A stretch of DNA of 59,919 nt from Chthonomonadales bacterium (GTDB lineage Bacteria; Armatimonadota; Chthonomonadetes; Chthonomonadales; CAJBBX01). Positions within the stretch are counted from its first letter, which is position 1, and each line of letters opens with the position of its first letter. Positions 49,315-59,701 of this stretch are shown piece after piece. The notes below the pieces were generated by a model. That model was not told where the DNA came from and made no database searches. It saw only the letters and a list, made by a program, of their open reading frames with translations. The stretch is from the NCBI GenBank assembly GCA_012517255.1, contig JAAYVH010000027.1, positions 1 to 59,919 on the forward strand, read 5' to 3'. The translations under genes were made by a program, and so were the position numbers.

Positions 49315-50469
49315 TCATGGCTGCCCCGCTTCGGACTCTGAACCGTACATCGTGACCAGCTGCGCAGCTATCGTGCGTGCCGCGTGTGGTCGTGCATGCT
49401 CGAGCGCAGCGGCCGCCATCGCATCAAGACGGACCCGGTCGCCAAGCAAAGCGTGAACTGCGCCCGCGAGGGACCGCCGGTCGCGTGCAATGATGCCGCA
49501 GCCGCACGCCACCATATGCCCGGCGTTCTGCTCCTCCTGCCCCGGAATGAGCAGCTCCCCGCAGATGACCATGGGCTTGCCGAGCGCCATACACTCGGAC
49601 ATGGTCAGCCCCCCGGGCTTGCCGACGACGATGTCGGCAGCGCGCAAGAGCATGGCGAAGCGCGCCTGAGGCAAGTACCCGAGGACGGCCACGCGGTCCC
49701 GCATCAAGTCGGGAAGATTCGCCGCGAACCTCGCGCACTGGCTGCTCGCCTTCACGTTCCGTCCACAGACCACGAGGATGTGGTCGGCTTCATCAACCCG
49801 ACACAGCGCCTCTAGCACGCCGGTCAGCGGGCCGCCTCCAATACCCCCTGACGTCAGCGCCACCACACGTGCGGAGGCGCCCAGGTTCAGAACGCGGCGC
49901 GCCTCCTCCTTCGACATGTCGAGCGTGAACGCCTCATGGATGGGAATGCCGGTGACCTCGGTCCGCGCAGACGAACCCGGGAGCCTCTCTGCCAGCCTGT
50001 CGCGGGAGGCTTCGGTGGGAACGAAATACCGGTCGGCTCGCCCGCGAAGCCACATGCGATGGGGGTGCAGGTCCGTGATGACCACCGCGACCGGAACATC
50101 GGCCGCCGGTCCGGTTAGCCGCGCCAGACGCGGCAACGGCAGGGCCTGCGTGCATACGATGCAGTTGGGGCGCTCGGCCTCAATCAGCGAGGCCAATCCG
50201 ACCAGCATTCGATCGTCGAGCAACGTCTGGAATGCGTAGGCAAGACCAGGCCGATCCGACCACCGATAGAGCGCTCCCCAGAACCACGGCCAGCGACGCA
50301 CGAGAGTCTCATAGCCGCCCGTGAACCACAGGCGGAACGCACGCGGGGCGCAGTCCAGGGCATCTACCGTGCGAGCCTCGGCGCCCATTCGGACGAGCGC
50401 CGCTTCGATGGCTCGGCTGGCGCTGATATGGCCGTCGCCCGCTGCTGCAGTCAGGATCAGCGCCTTCAT
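49315..50469 (-). CDS. MGDG-synthase/UgtP-like diacylglycerol glycosyltransferase (GT28)
   Basis: GDGHISAS, VITDL..HRMW, TGIPI, VCGRN, KPGGLTMSE, IPGQEEQNA. Confidence 0.88.
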   Translation of the reverse strand: MKALILTAAAGDGHISASRAIEAALVRMGAEARTVDALDCAPRAFRLWFTGGYETLVRRWPWFWGALYRWSDRPGLAYAFQTLLDDRMLVGLASLIEAERPNCIVCTQALPLPRLARLTGPAADVPVAVVITDLHPHRMWLRGRADRYFVPTEASRDRLAERLPGSSARTEVTGIPIHEAFTLDMSKEEARRVLNLGASARVVALTSGGIGGGPLTGVLEALCRVDEADHILVVCGRNVKASSQCARFAANLPDLMRDRVAVLGYLPQARFAMLLRAADIVVGKPGGLTMSECMALGKPMVICGELLIPGQEEQNAGHMVACGCGIIARDRRSLAGAVHALLGDRVRLDAMAAAALEHARPHAARTIAAQLVTMYGSESEAGQP

Positions 50470-51350
50470 GTGCTCTCCCTGCCGCTGCCGCGTGATGCGC
50501 CGCGACGCAAGAGCGGCTGGAGCCTGACCCTATGCTGCCGCTGGAGCAGCGCGCATACGAGATTCAGCCACCATAGAAACACGACGAACAGGACGCCGGG
50601 GACGTACCGGTCCCTCACAAACACGATCGCGAACGGCACGTGGAGCGTCGTGCCAAACAGATGGGTGAGCTCGGCCGTGCACGTCTCAGCCTCAAACGCT
50701 GCCAGCCCCGCGCGACCTCCCACAACATTGCGGAAGCTCATCGCGCGCCCCTCGCCTGAGGTCACGCGCATCAGCCAGAGAACGAAGCGACGGAATCCCT
50801 CAACGCCGAGACGCACATAGAGCCGTTCCGTCTCGCACGGGAAGGGTCCGAAGAACCCGCCCGAGGGCCGCTGCGGGCAGGCTCCGGGCTTCGAGTCGGT
50901 AGGGTCCGAGGCGATCCCCTCAACGCTCAGACCCGACCCCAGAAGATCGTCGCAGATCGCCCGCTTATAGCGCTCGAGCATGACAGAGAGTGCATGCGGC
51001 AACAGAAGCAGCGCTGCATATGCCGTCAGAGCTCGGTGCCCCAGGCTCCACGCCATGCCGACGAGGGGAAGCTGGATAAGCACGCTGATCACGTTGACCA
51101 TTTCGTGATAGCGGGCGCGCAATCGGGTGCGCTCCGCCTCATCCCGCGCGAGCGATCGGGACTGTGGCTCGGGCAGCGTCTCGCCGAATAGGGCAGCCAT
51201 CCGTCGGAACAGGGGCACGAGGCCGACGGCTGCGTAGATGCGTCCCGACCGCTCGCATCTGCGCAGACGGTACCAGGTCTCGAGAATCTCCGGAAGCCCG
51301 CGGCACGGCTCAGGCGCCCTTGGTTCGCTACCCATGTGGACCGCACGCAA
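50466..51350 (-). CDS. Membrane protein with two tandem CrtO-like (glycosyl-carotenoid acyltransferase-type) domains
   Basis: E.RLYVRLGV..FRRF...ETCTAELTH...NL...LLQR.HR.RL plus a degenerate N-terminal copy (ERSGRIY..VG...HEMVN...MLERYKR). Confidence 0.6.
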   Translation of the reverse strand: MRAVHMGSEPRAPEPCRGLPEILETWYRLRRCERSGRIYAAVGLVPLFRRMAALFGETLPEPQSRSLARDEAERTRLRARYHEMVNVISVLIQLPLVGMAWSLGHRALTAYAALLLLPHALSVMLERYKRAICDDLLGSGLSVEGIASDPTDSKPGACPQRPSGGFFGPFPCETERLYVRLGVEGFRRFVLWLMRVTSGEGRAMSFRNVVGGRAGLAAFEAETCTAELTHLFGTTLHVPFAIVFVRDRYVPGVLFVVFLWWLNLVCALLQRQHRVRLQPLLRRGASRGSGREST

Positions 51351-52160
51351 TCAGAGATCGAGCCTCGCATACAGCGCCGATGGCGGACGTTGCTCGTCTA
51401 CGCGCGCATCCACAAGATCGTCCCAGAAGACGAGCTCCAGCCTGCCGTCCCAGTGCTCCACGAGCGCCGAACAATGGGAGACCCAGTCGCCCGTGTTGGC
51501 GTAGAGCGCTCCGCATTCATGCACAGCCATCAACGGGCCATGCACATGCCCGCACACAACGCCGTCGAAGCCCTGACGCTGGGCGTCCACCGTGATGCGC
51601 TCCTGGAAGTTCGTGAAGTATTCGAAGAAGCTCTTGATGCGCTTCTTGGCCCGCGCTGCCAGATCCATGCTGCCGGCGCCCCGCCCGCCGAAGACCGCGT
51701 TGAGCCACGCGCCGGTCACCGTGAGGAACTCATAGCACCAGGCGCCGACCCACGCAAGCGGCTTGAACGCTGTCACGGTTCGATCGTAGATGTCCCCGTG
51801 CACCACGAGGAGGCGCTTGCCGTCGGCAGTCGTGTGAACGAACATGTGATCCACGAGGATGTTGCCGAGTTCAGCCCCGCAGAGCTTTCTGCATAGCCCA
51901 TCGTGGTTGCCCGGCGTGTAGCGCACCTGACAGCCGCCCTTTGCTTTGCCGAGGATTGTCCGGATGACGTTCGTGTGGGCCTGCTTCCACTTCCAGGATT
52001 GCGCGCCGACCCAGACATCCACGATATCGCCCACGAGATAGAGGTACTCGCACTCCGTGTGATAGAGAAAGCGCTGGATCCGTTCGGTATGGCAAGCTGC
52101 CGAACCCAGGTGCAGGTCCGATACAAACACCGCGCGGTACGATAGTCTGTGGTCGAACAC
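51351..52160 (-). CDS. plcP: PlcP-type phospholipase C / LpxH-like metallophosphoesterase
   Basis: SDLHLG, LVGDIVD.W, W...H.NV...L.KAK.G..V.Y.PGNHD, HGD, CGHVH, NTGDWV..CSALVEH.DG. Confidence 0.75.
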   Translation of the reverse strand: MFDHRLSYRAVFVSDLHLGSAACHTERIQRFLYHTECEYLYLVGDIVDVWVGAQSWKWKQAHTNVIRTILGKAKGGCQVRYTPGNHDGLCRKLCGAELGNILVDHMFVHTTADGKRLLVVHGDIYDRTVTAFKPLAWVGAWCYEFLTVTGAWLNAVFGGRGAGSMDLAARAKKRIKSFFEYFTNFQERITVDAQRQGFDGVVCGHVHGPLMAVHECGALYANTGDWVSHCSALVEHWDGRLELVFWDDLVDARVDEQRPPSALYARLDL

Positions 52161-52380
52161 GGGTACGCTCCTCAGATGTCAGCCCCGGGCGGCCCCAAAC
52201 TGCTGACGATGCCTGGCACCCGTTTGGCGCACACGGCCGGTACGTCAATGTACCTGCAGAGCGAGGTCACGCGCTACTCAGGCATCCAGCGCGACCTGGC
52301 GGCAGGGATCGGGCCATCCAGACAGAAAAAGGGGATTGGGCCGTAAGCATCGTAGGCCCACACAAGGGAGGTACACAGCC

Positions 52381-53805
52381 GTGATCGCATGGGACATACG
52401 CTGGCTTGGGGTGACTCTGGCGGTGAGCGCAGGCTTCGTTACGGCAATCGGCGCCATGGGTCAAGATCCGCCCGCCAAGCCGATCGGCAAGAACGCTGAT
52501 CGTATCCGACCCTACGCGAAGAATGCACGCTACTGGCAGTACCGCGGTAAGCCGGTCCTGCTGCTGGGAGGCAGCAAGGACGACAATCTGTTCCAGATTC
52601 CGGACCTACGGGACCACCTGGACGCCATGGCCCGGATCGGGGCCAACTACATCCGCAACACGATGAGCGATCGCCCGGACTTCGGCTTCGAGGTCTATCC
52701 GTTCTTCAAGCGATCGGACGGGAAGTACGACCTCGAACGATGGAACCCCGAGTACTGGCGGCGCTTCTCGGAGATGCTCAGGCTGACATACGACCGTAGC
52801 ATCTTCGTTCAGATCGAAGTCTGGGACCGCTTCGACTACAGTCAGTCGCGGTGGCCGATCCATCCGTACAATCCGGCGAACAACGTGAACTACACGTTCG
52901 AACAGTCGGGGTTCCGACGCGAGTACCCGAACCATCCGGGCGCCAACGATCAGCCGTTCTTCTTCACGACGCCCGATCAGCGCGACAACAAGGTGGTCTT
53001 CCGTTACCAGCAGCGGTTCGTGGACGAGATGCTGCAACGGTCGCTGCCCTATCCCCATGTGCTCTACTGCATGGACAATGAGACCTCTGGCGACGAGAAG
53101 TGGGGCGCTTTCTGGGCGCGGTACATCCGGCAGAAGGCAGCGGCGATGGGAGTCGACGTGTTCGTGACGGAGATGTGGGACGACTGGGACATCACCTCGA
53201 AGACCCACTTACGCACGCTTGACCATCCCGAGCTCTACAACTTTGTGGACGTGTCGCAGAACAATCACAATAAAGGCCAGACGCACTGGGACAGGTTTCA
53301 GCAAGTCCGGGCATACATCTCCCGGCGTCCCCGTCCGATCAACACCGTCAAGACCTACGGCGCTGCCGGCGGTCCCTTCGGCAGCGGCGCCGACGGCATC
53401 GAGCGCTGGTGGCGGCACTTCATCGGCGGCGCTGCCGGCGTGCGGTTCCACAGGCCGGACTCGGGCATCGGCCTTTCGGAGCCGGCAATCGCCTCGATCA
53501 AGGCTGGCCGCCTGCTGGAGTCCCGCGTGAAGCCGTGGCTGACCGAGCCTGCCAATCACCTCCTGAACGACAGGACACCCGATGAGGCCTATCTGACAGC
53601 CAAGCCCGGCGAGCTCTACGCCCTCTACTTCCCGCGGGCAGGCAGCGTCGGTCTGGACATGAACGGGGTCCGCGGAGACTTCACGCTCCGGTGGATTGAC
53701 ATCGGGAAGGGCGAATGGGGTCCGACAGCCCGGATCACGGGCGGGTCGGTTGTCCCGATAACGACCCCCGGCGCCGGGATGTGGGCCGCGACGGTAACCC
53801 GATAG
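52381..53805 (+). CDS. Secreted putative glycan-active TIM-barrel protein with C-terminal collagen-binding-like beta domain
   Basis: AAGGGAGG SD before GTG; signal peptide; [26 protein letters not shown]; C-terminal YALYFP..G...RWID..GEW. Confidence 0.65.
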   Translation: MIAWDIRWLGVTLAVSAGFVTAIGAMGQDPPAKPIGKNADRIRPYAKNARYWQYRGKPVLLLGGSKDDNLFQIPDLRDHLDAMARIGANYIRNTMSDRPDFGFEVYPFFKRSDGKYDLERWNPEYWRRFSEMLRLTYDRSIFVQIEVWDRFDYSQSRWPIHPYNPANNVNYTFEQSGFRREYPNHPGANDQPFFFTTPDQRDNKVVFRYQQRFVDEMLQRSLPYPHVLYCMDNETSGDEKWGAFWARYIRQKAAAMGVDVFVTEMWDDWDITSKTHLRTLDHPELYNFVDVSQNNHNKGQTHWDRFQQVRAYISRRPRPINTVKTYGAAGGPFGSGADGIERWWRHFIGGAAGVRFHRPDSGIGLSEPAIASIKAGRLLESRVKPWLTEPANHLLNDRTPDEAYLTAKPGELYALYFPRAGSVGLDMNGVRGDFTLRWIDIGKGEWGPTARITGGSVVPITTPGAGMWAATVTR

Positions 53806-53823
53806 ACAGTTGGCCGGACGCCC

Positions 53824-56388
53824 TTAGCGGTCGCCGGCCACCAGTATGCAGCTGGTCTCGAATGCCGGCAAGACTACATCGCATCCGTGCCGGGTACGAC
53901 GCACGGAGATCGGTCTGGCCGGCGCCAGGTCGGCGAGCACGCGCACGATTGTGGCACGTCGGTTCGCCAGACGCACGAGGACGTTGCGAGCCGGACTGTC
54001 GGCGTGATTGACGAGGTACATCGCCTCGCGCCCTGAGCCGCCCCAGCGGACGATCCGAACGCTGCTGGGCAACCCGCCCGCGGGCACCTCGCCCAGTCGA
54101 GCTGCCATGAACTCTCGGGCACGTCGGACCGCATCGCGCGACTGCGGCGTGTCCGTCTTCCAGAGGAAGAGCGGAGGGGTGTTGCCCGCGTGCGTGTCGC
54201 GCACCGGATCGCCGGCATAGATTCGGCCCAGATCGGGAGCGCGTCGGACCTGCATCTGCCTCGGCCTCTGCCGCCCACGATCGTCCCGTTCGGCGAAGCG
54301 TCCCGCGGTGATGAGCTTGCCTCCGCTTGCTCTATAGGTCTGCAAGGCGTGGAGCGCAGCGTCACTGATGTCACGGCAATCGGGCACGAGTACCCATGGG
54401 TAGCGCTTGAGATCCGCCCCCGCGTCCAGTTCTCGCAGTGTCACCACGTCCACCGTATAGTGCATCCGCTCCAACAGCTTGTACCATCCGACGAAGCTGC
54501 GCCAGTCGTTGCGGATGCCGTTCCTGTCGTCAGGCGTCGCCGGCAGCATGGGCATGATCAGCGCGCCATGTGGCTTCACCCGCATGCCGGCCATAGCCTC
54601 GACGCCCTTCATGGCGCGCCCGATCATCCTGGCGTGATCGGAGGTGGAATGGTAAGGATGGAAGCTGTAGTCGAGCACGCTCGGGATATGCCAGGCGCAG
54701 TAGATGATGCCCGCCGCGCCGTGCTGGATCGTCGCCTGCGTGATCTGATCCATGGCCTTCGGCCCGATGTGAACGCCCGATGTGAAGTCCACCAGGTCGA
54801 CGGCCCAGAGCGGCTTCTTGTACTTGCGCATTAGGTCCAGGCATGCGGTGATGCGGTATGGGTCGCGGTCGGCAGAGCAGAGCTGCATCCCGAACGCGTC
54901 AATGTGCTTGCCGCGCATCCCCACGACATCCGGCGCAATGGCGCTGCGCTGCATCTCGTCCCATTCGGAGGGGGCGGCCCAGGCCATCGTCAAGTAGGTC
55001 ACCGTGGGACGCGTGGGGTCGCGTCGTTTCATCATCTCCGACATGGCGTTGATGTAGTCGGCCCCGGCCTCGAACCAGTATGTGCTCCAATCGTGAAAGG
55101 CCGCCGTGGCGTTTCCGACGCCGGGCTTCTGGTCGGACGGACGACGCACCTCGATCCGCAGACACGAGCCGCCCGACCGGCCCTGCCCCCGGAGCCACTC
55201 GGCCTCCGCGTGTGCGCCGCCGGTCCAGTTCTGGAAGCGCCATGCAGCGGGCCCGCTGTCGCCTCCGTCTTCGAGATCGGCATTGGGCGCGAGCTCGGAC
55301 CCCGCAGGAACCTCTTTGAAGCTCACGTCATCGTAGCGAGCGGCACCCAGACCCATGAACTTCAGCAGCAGCCAGGCCCGGCCGGCGTTCGGCGGCGCCG
55401 TGAACGCTGCCTCCATCCGATGCCATTGGCCCATGGGCCCCGCTACCGGTCGTCCCATGTCAATCGCGATGGGCGGCCCGCCGTTCGAACCGACCCACGC
55501 CACTTCGGGGAACACCCCCGGTCCCTGCAGGCTCTCGATGAACACCCACGCCGACAGCCGGTACCGCTTGCCGGGCGTAACCGCCGGGTATGTCTGAGGC
55601 CCGGGACTTGCAGCCGCGTCCATGGCCGCCGGCGTGCTCCACGAACAGTGCTGCGGTCCGTCGCCGATGTTCACTACCGTGGCAAGCCCTCGTTGCCCCT
55701 TGTAGCCGCCCATCATCTCCATGCGCGGGGCGACAACCGAATCGTAGTCTGGGAAGGAGGACTTCCAGACGCGGTTCAGGGTCGCGATAGAGCCGTACTT
55801 ACGCGCCAGCCACCGGCGAAAACGCGCCACGTCGTCGGGGTGATAGCGCTCGCCCATCGGAAACCACCACTCGGCTCCGGGGTGGTAGAAGGCCACGCGT
55901 CGTGTCGTGTCGCGTTCCTTGACGTGCTGGACGAAGGCGTCGAGGAGTCGCTCCTGTTCAGCACGGAACGCCTTCGAGGAGATGGACGGGATAGACAGAA
56001 CGTTGCCGTTGGCATCGCGCGCCGATTCACCGGCGGCCTTGACCTTCTCGCGCAGCCACGCGGGCGTGTAGTACGGGTTGATCTCCTGGATGATGGCAAG
56101 CTTCAGGTTGTGCTTCTCGGCGTAGGCCAGTTGCGCATCGAAAGGGCCAAAGTCCACCTTACCCTCGACCTGCCCCATGCCCCAGCCGCCGGAGCAGACC
56201 GACAGCACGGATGCCCGCGACTCGGGCAGTAGTGCCATGCCCACATCTACGAACGGATAGAAGCAGCACCAGCCGATGGGTGGGGCACTGGTCGTATCGG
56301 CCACACTGGTCGGATTCCTCCCATGGGACTGATACGACCAATGGGAGGCCAACGCGAGACCTGCCGCGAGCAGCGCCGCTCGGATCAT
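53824..56388 (-). CDS. GH42-like beta-galactosidase-family protein with inserted CBM4/9-like domains and trimerisation-like domain
   Basis: DF..FD..L..A.KH.LK, TPAWL, FRRWL.RKYGSI..LN..W, DW..Y; CBM-type PGKRYRLSAWV; C-terminal Y...GGKLI. Start overlaps the E2 stop. Confidence 0.75.
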   Translation of the reverse strand: MIRAALLAAGLALASHWSYQSHGRNPTSVADTTSAPPIGWCCFYPFVDVGMALLPESRASVLSVCSGGWGMGQVEGKVDFGPFDAQLAYAEKHNLKLAIIQEINPYYTPAWLREKVKAAGESARDANGNVLSIPSISSKAFRAEQERLLDAFVQHVKERDTTRRVAFYHPGAEWWFPMGERYHPDDVARFRRWLARKYGSIATLNRVWKSSFPDYDSVVAPRMEMMGGYKGQRGLATVVNIGDGPQHCSWSTPAAMDAAASPGPQTYPAVTPGKRYRLSAWVFIESLQGPGVFPEVAWVGSNGGPPIAIDMGRPVAGPMGQWHRMEAAFTAPPNAGRAWLLLKFMGLGAARYDDVSFKEVPAGSELAPNADLEDGGDSGPAAWRFQNWTGGAHAEAEWLRGQGRSGGSCLRIEVRRPSDQKPGVGNATAAFHDWSTYWFEAGADYINAMSEMMKRRDPTRPTVTYLTMAWAAPSEWDEMQRSAIAPDVVGMRGKHIDAFGMQLCSADRDPYRITACLDLMRKYKKPLWAVDLVDFTSGVHIGPKAMDQITQATIQHGAAGIIYCAWHIPSVLDYSFHPYHSTSDHARMIGRAMKGVEAMAGMRVKPHGALIMPMLPATPDDRNGIRNDWRSFVGWYKLLERMHYTVDVVTLRELDAGADLKRYPWVLVPDCRDISDAALHALQTYRASGGKLITAGRFAERDDRGRQRPRQMQVRRAPDLGRIYAGDPVRDTHAGNTPPLFLWKTDTPQSRDAVRRAREFMAARLGEVPAGGLPSSVRIVRWGGSGREAMYLVNHADSPARNVLVRLANRRATIVRVLADLAPARPISVRRTRHGCDVVLPAFETSCILVAGDR

Positions 56389-57677
56389 ACGCCAGCCTCT
56401 ATCGCCCGAGCGATGGTCTGGAGGAACCGTGCCGCCGGCCCGCCGTCCACGAGCCGGTGGTCGAAGGTAAGGCTCAGCCACATGGCCTGACGGATGCCGA
56501 TGCAATCGCCCACAACCCACGGGGTCGGCTTGATACGGCCCACGCCGAGGATGGCGCACTCGGGCGTGTTGATGATCGGCGTGAAGGCGTCGATGCCGAA
56601 CATGCCGAGATTGGTGATCGTGAAGGTGCTGCCGTGGAGCTCATCCGGGGTGATCTGGGCGTTGCGCGCGCGTTCGATGATCGAGGCGGTCGCCGCCGCA
56701 ATCTCAGCAAGCGACAGGGTCTCCACGCCGCGCACAACCGGAGCCAACAAGCCGCGATCGGTGTCGACCGCCAGAGCGATATTGATCTCGCGGCAGACCA
56801 TCGCATGGTCGTTCTCAAACCTGACGTTCATGCGAGGATGCTCGCGCAGGGCGCGCGAGACGACGAGCACAAGCAGGTCGTTATAGCTCACGCGGAGGCC
56901 CTCGGCGACGAGCCGCCGCCGCGTCTCGACAAAGCGTGTGGCATCCACCTCGGTCGTCAGCGTGACGGGGGCTGTCTCGTGCGCGCCGCGATACATGCGC
57001 TCGGCGATCCTGCCCCGTATGCCGGTGAGGGCGAAGGTCTCGACGGGCTCGGTCTGACCGTCGGCAGACGAGACAGCCTCGCCGGCACGACTGAAGGAGA
57101 TCACGTCCGCGCGGGTGATCCTGCCCAGATGGCCCGAGCCGGTCATGCGGCTGATGTCGGCGTCGCTCGATTGAGCGATGCGCCGTGCGAGCGGCGTTGC
57201 CGGCGATCGGCGAGAGGGACGCACAGCCTCAACATCGCGTCCCAGCACTGCTCCCATAGGGCCCGAACCCGCGAGCGCAGTCCAGTCGAGTTCGCGCTCT
57301 CGGGCCAGCGTCCGTGCCCAGGGAGAGGCGAACCGGCGCGCGGAATCGGGCGAGACAGCTTGATGGGATTGCGGGACAGAATGGCCTTCGACCACGGATT
57401 CGGCGGGTCGCGACGCGGGTGCGCCCCTCGACGCCTCACTCTCGGCGCCAAGCCAGGCGATCTCGCTGAGGGCGGCGACTTCGTCGCCCTCGGCTGCCAA
57501 CACGCCGTGGAGTATGCCGCTCGCGGGGGCTTCCACATCGAGCACGGCCTTGTCGGTTTCGACGGCAAAGAGCGGCTCGCCGGCGGCGACCTCCTCGCCC
57601 TCGCGCTTGTACCACGTGACGAGCGTGACGGTGTCGACGTTCGTGCCGAGGGGCGGCACCACTACCGCGGTTGCCAT
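56385..57677 (-). CDS. 2-oxoacid/acetoin dehydrogenase E2 dihydrolipoamide acyltransferase
   Basis: Lipoyl VETDKA, two E3/E1-binding repeats (ASPWAR, ATPLAR), TFTITNLG, DHRLVDG. Confidence 0.93.
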   Translation of the reverse strand: MATAVVVPPLGTNVDTVTLVTWYKREGEEVAAGEPLFAVETDKAVLDVEAPASGILHGVLAAEGDEVAALSEIAWLGAESEASRGAPASRPAESVVEGHSVPQSHQAVSPDSARRFASPWARTLARERELDWTALAGSGPMGAVLGRDVEAVRPSRRSPATPLARRIAQSSDADISRMTGSGHLGRITRADVISFSRAGEAVSSADGQTEPVETFALTGIRGRIAERMYRGAHETAPVTLTTEVDATRFVETRRRLVAEGLRVSYNDLLVLVVSRALREHPRMNVRFENDHAMVCREINIALAVDTDRGLLAPVVRGVETLSLAEIAAATASIIERARNAQITPDELHGSTFTITNLGMFGIDAFTPIINTPECAILGVGRIKPTPWVVGDCIGIRQAMWLSLTFDHRLVDGGPAARFLQTIARAIEAGV

Positions 57678-57681
57678 CGGC

Positions 57682-58698
57682 CTACCCCACAAGCCTGCGC
57701 ACGGCGTCAACCACACGCTCAACGCTCGGCACGTAGAGTTCCTCGAGATTGGGGGCGAACGGAGGCGGAGTGTCGGGAGCCGATACCCGCACAGGCGGCC
57801 CATCGAGCCACCAGAAAGCCTCTTCAGCCACCATCGCGGCGATCTCGGCGCCCCATCCGTGCGTTCGGTTGTCCTCCTCTACGACCACAAAGCGGTGAGT
57901 CTTGCGCACCGACTCGAGGATCATCTCCTTGTCCAGCGGTATGAGCGACCTTGGATCGATAACCTCGGCCTCGATGCCGTCCTCCGCGAGGCGATCGGCA
58001 GCCGCCAGAGCTCGATAGACGGTCAGGAGCTTGCCGACAATGGTCACGTCCCTGCCCTTACGCCGGATAGCGCCCTTGCCGATGGGCACGACGTAGTCTT
58101 CGTCGGGGACCTCGCCGATGGGGCTCACAGCGCCCTTCTCGGCCCTGTTCCCCTTGCTGCCGTAGAGGAGCTTATGCTCGAACATGAGCACCGGGTTGTC
58201 GTCGCGCACCGCTGCCTTGAGCAGCCCCTTGGCGTCGTAGGCCGTGCTGGGTGCGACCACTTTGAGGCCCGGGATGTGCGTGAAGAAGACCTCGAGCGTC
58301 TGTGCATGCTGGGCGCCGCGCCGCGTCGAACCCACGGGAGCGCGCATCACCAGCGGCACCTTGACGGCGCCTCCCGCCATGTAGGTCATCTTGGCCGCCT
58401 GATTGGCGAGCTGATCCATCATACAGAACAGGAAGTCGCCGTATTGCACGTCCGCGATGGGCCGCATGCCGGTCATCGCTGCGCCGATGGCGATTCCGCA
58501 GAATCCCGACTCGGAGATCGGCGTGTCCAGGATCCGCTCGGGACCGAACTCGTCCACAAGGCCGAGCGTGACGGTGAACGCCCCGCCCCAACCGCCCTTG
58601 ACGCCGATGTCCTCGCCGATGCAGAACACCGTCGGATCGCGGCGCATCTCCTCGCGGATGCCTTCGCGGAGCGCCTCGGCGATGCCCATGGTGGCCAT
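57682..58698 (-). CDS. 2-oxoacid/acetoin dehydrogenase E1 beta subunit
   Basis: GEDIG..GG.F, DTPISE, AQHAQ, PGLKVV.P, DAKGLL, EHKLLY. Confidence 0.94.
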   Translation of the reverse strand: MATMGIAEALREGIREEMRRDPTVFCIGEDIGVKGGWGGAFTVTLGLVDEFGPERILDTPISESGFCGIAIGAAMTGMRPIADVQYGDFLFCMMDQLANQAAKMTYMAGGAVKVPLVMRAPVGSTRRGAQHAQTLEVFFTHIPGLKVVAPSTAYDAKGLLKAAVRDDNPVLMFEHKLLYGSKGNRAEKGAVSPIGEVPDEDYVVPIGKGAIRRKGRDVTIVGKLLTVYRALAAADRLAEDGIEAEVIDPRSLIPLDKEMILESVRKTHRFVVVEEDNRTHGWGAEIAAMVAEEAFWWLDGPPVRVSAPDTPPPFAPNLEELYVPSVERVVDAVRRLVG

Positions 58699-58699
58699 G

Positions 58700-59701
58700 T
58701 CAGTCGCCCTCCCAGTAGACGTGGCGTTCGAGGTCCTCCGGAGCGGGCGCCGGGCTCTCCTCGGCAAAGGCGATGGCATCGTCAATCTCGGCGGCGACGT
58801 CGGCTTCTATGCCGGATGGGTCGAATGGGACGGGCGGGACCAACGCCCGTATGCGGGCGGCAGCCACCTTAAGCGGGTCGCGCTCCTTCCAGAGCGCCTC
58901 CTCCTCATCCGGTCTATAGTCGCAGGCATCGCTGCGCGAATGGCCGCACTGCCGATAGGTCAGACACTCGAGAAGGGTCGGGCCAGCGCCGCTCCGAGCG
59001 CGTTCGACTGCCCGAAGCGCGGCATCATGCACCGCCACAACGTCGTTGCCATCCACAGTCTCGCCAGGCATGCCATAGGCGCATGCGCGATCGGACACGC
59101 GCGGAATGGCGAATGCCTTGCTGAAGTGCGTCGAGGCGCCGTAGAGGTTATTCTCGCACACGAACAGGACCGGCAGCTTCCAGATCGCCGCCATGTTGAG
59201 CGCCTCGTGCCAGTCGCCTTCGTTGGCAGCGCCTTCGCCGTGGAAAGCCACAGCCACCTGATCGGTTCCGCGCATCCTGGCCGATAGAGCGGCTCCGGCG
59301 GCGATGGGCAGTCCCGCGCCGACGATGGCGACGGCGGGGAACACTCCCTTGCGGACGTCGCCGACGTGCATAGATCCGCCCTTGCCCCTGCAGCATCCGG
59401 TCACCTTGGCCATGAGCTCCGCCATGATGACTCGCGGGCTGACCCCCTTGGCCAGCGCATGGCCATGGGGCCGATGGGTGCCCACGACCCAATCATCTGC
59501 CCGCAGAGCCGAACAGACACCCGTGGCGACCGCCTCCTGACCGATGTACAGGTGCAGCGTTGACGGGATACGCCCTTGCAGAAAGAGTGCGTTGCATCGC
59601 TCCTCGAAGCGCCGAATGAGAAGCATCGTTCGATAGAGCGCGATCAAGTCCGCCTCACCCGGGACAGACGACTGAAGGCCGTTGGCGTTTGCGGCGTTCA
59701 T
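58700..59701 (-). CDS. 2-oxoacid/acetoin dehydrogenase E1 alpha subunit (TPP-dependent)
   Basis: HLYIGQEA, THRPHGH, GKGGSMH, GEGA...ENN, TYR..GHS. Confidence 0.94.
   Translation of the reverse strand: MNAANANGLQSSVPGEADLIALYRTMLLIRRFEERCNALFLQGRIPSTLHLYIGQEAVATGVCSALRADDWVVGTHRPHGHALAKGVSPRVIMAELMAKVTGCCRGKGGSMHVGDVRKGVFPAVAIVGAGLPIAAGAALSARMRGTDQVAVAFHGEGAANEGDWHEALNMAAIWKLPVLFVCENNLYGASTHFSKAFAIPRVSDRACAYGMPGETVDGNDVVAVHDAALRAVERARSGAGPTLLECLTYRQCGHSRSDACDYRPDEEEALWKERDPLKVAAARIRALVPPVPFDPSGIEADVAAEIDDAIAFAEESPAPAPEDLERHVYWEGD

Noticed and set aside
52161-52380. Pho box upstream of plcP
   Set aside because: Only two GTCA half-sites 22 bp apart with a poor middle repeat; not distinguishable from chance.
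56211-58872. Plus-strand ORFs of 577 and 452 aa
   Set aside because: Antisense shadows of the E2 and E1 beta genes.
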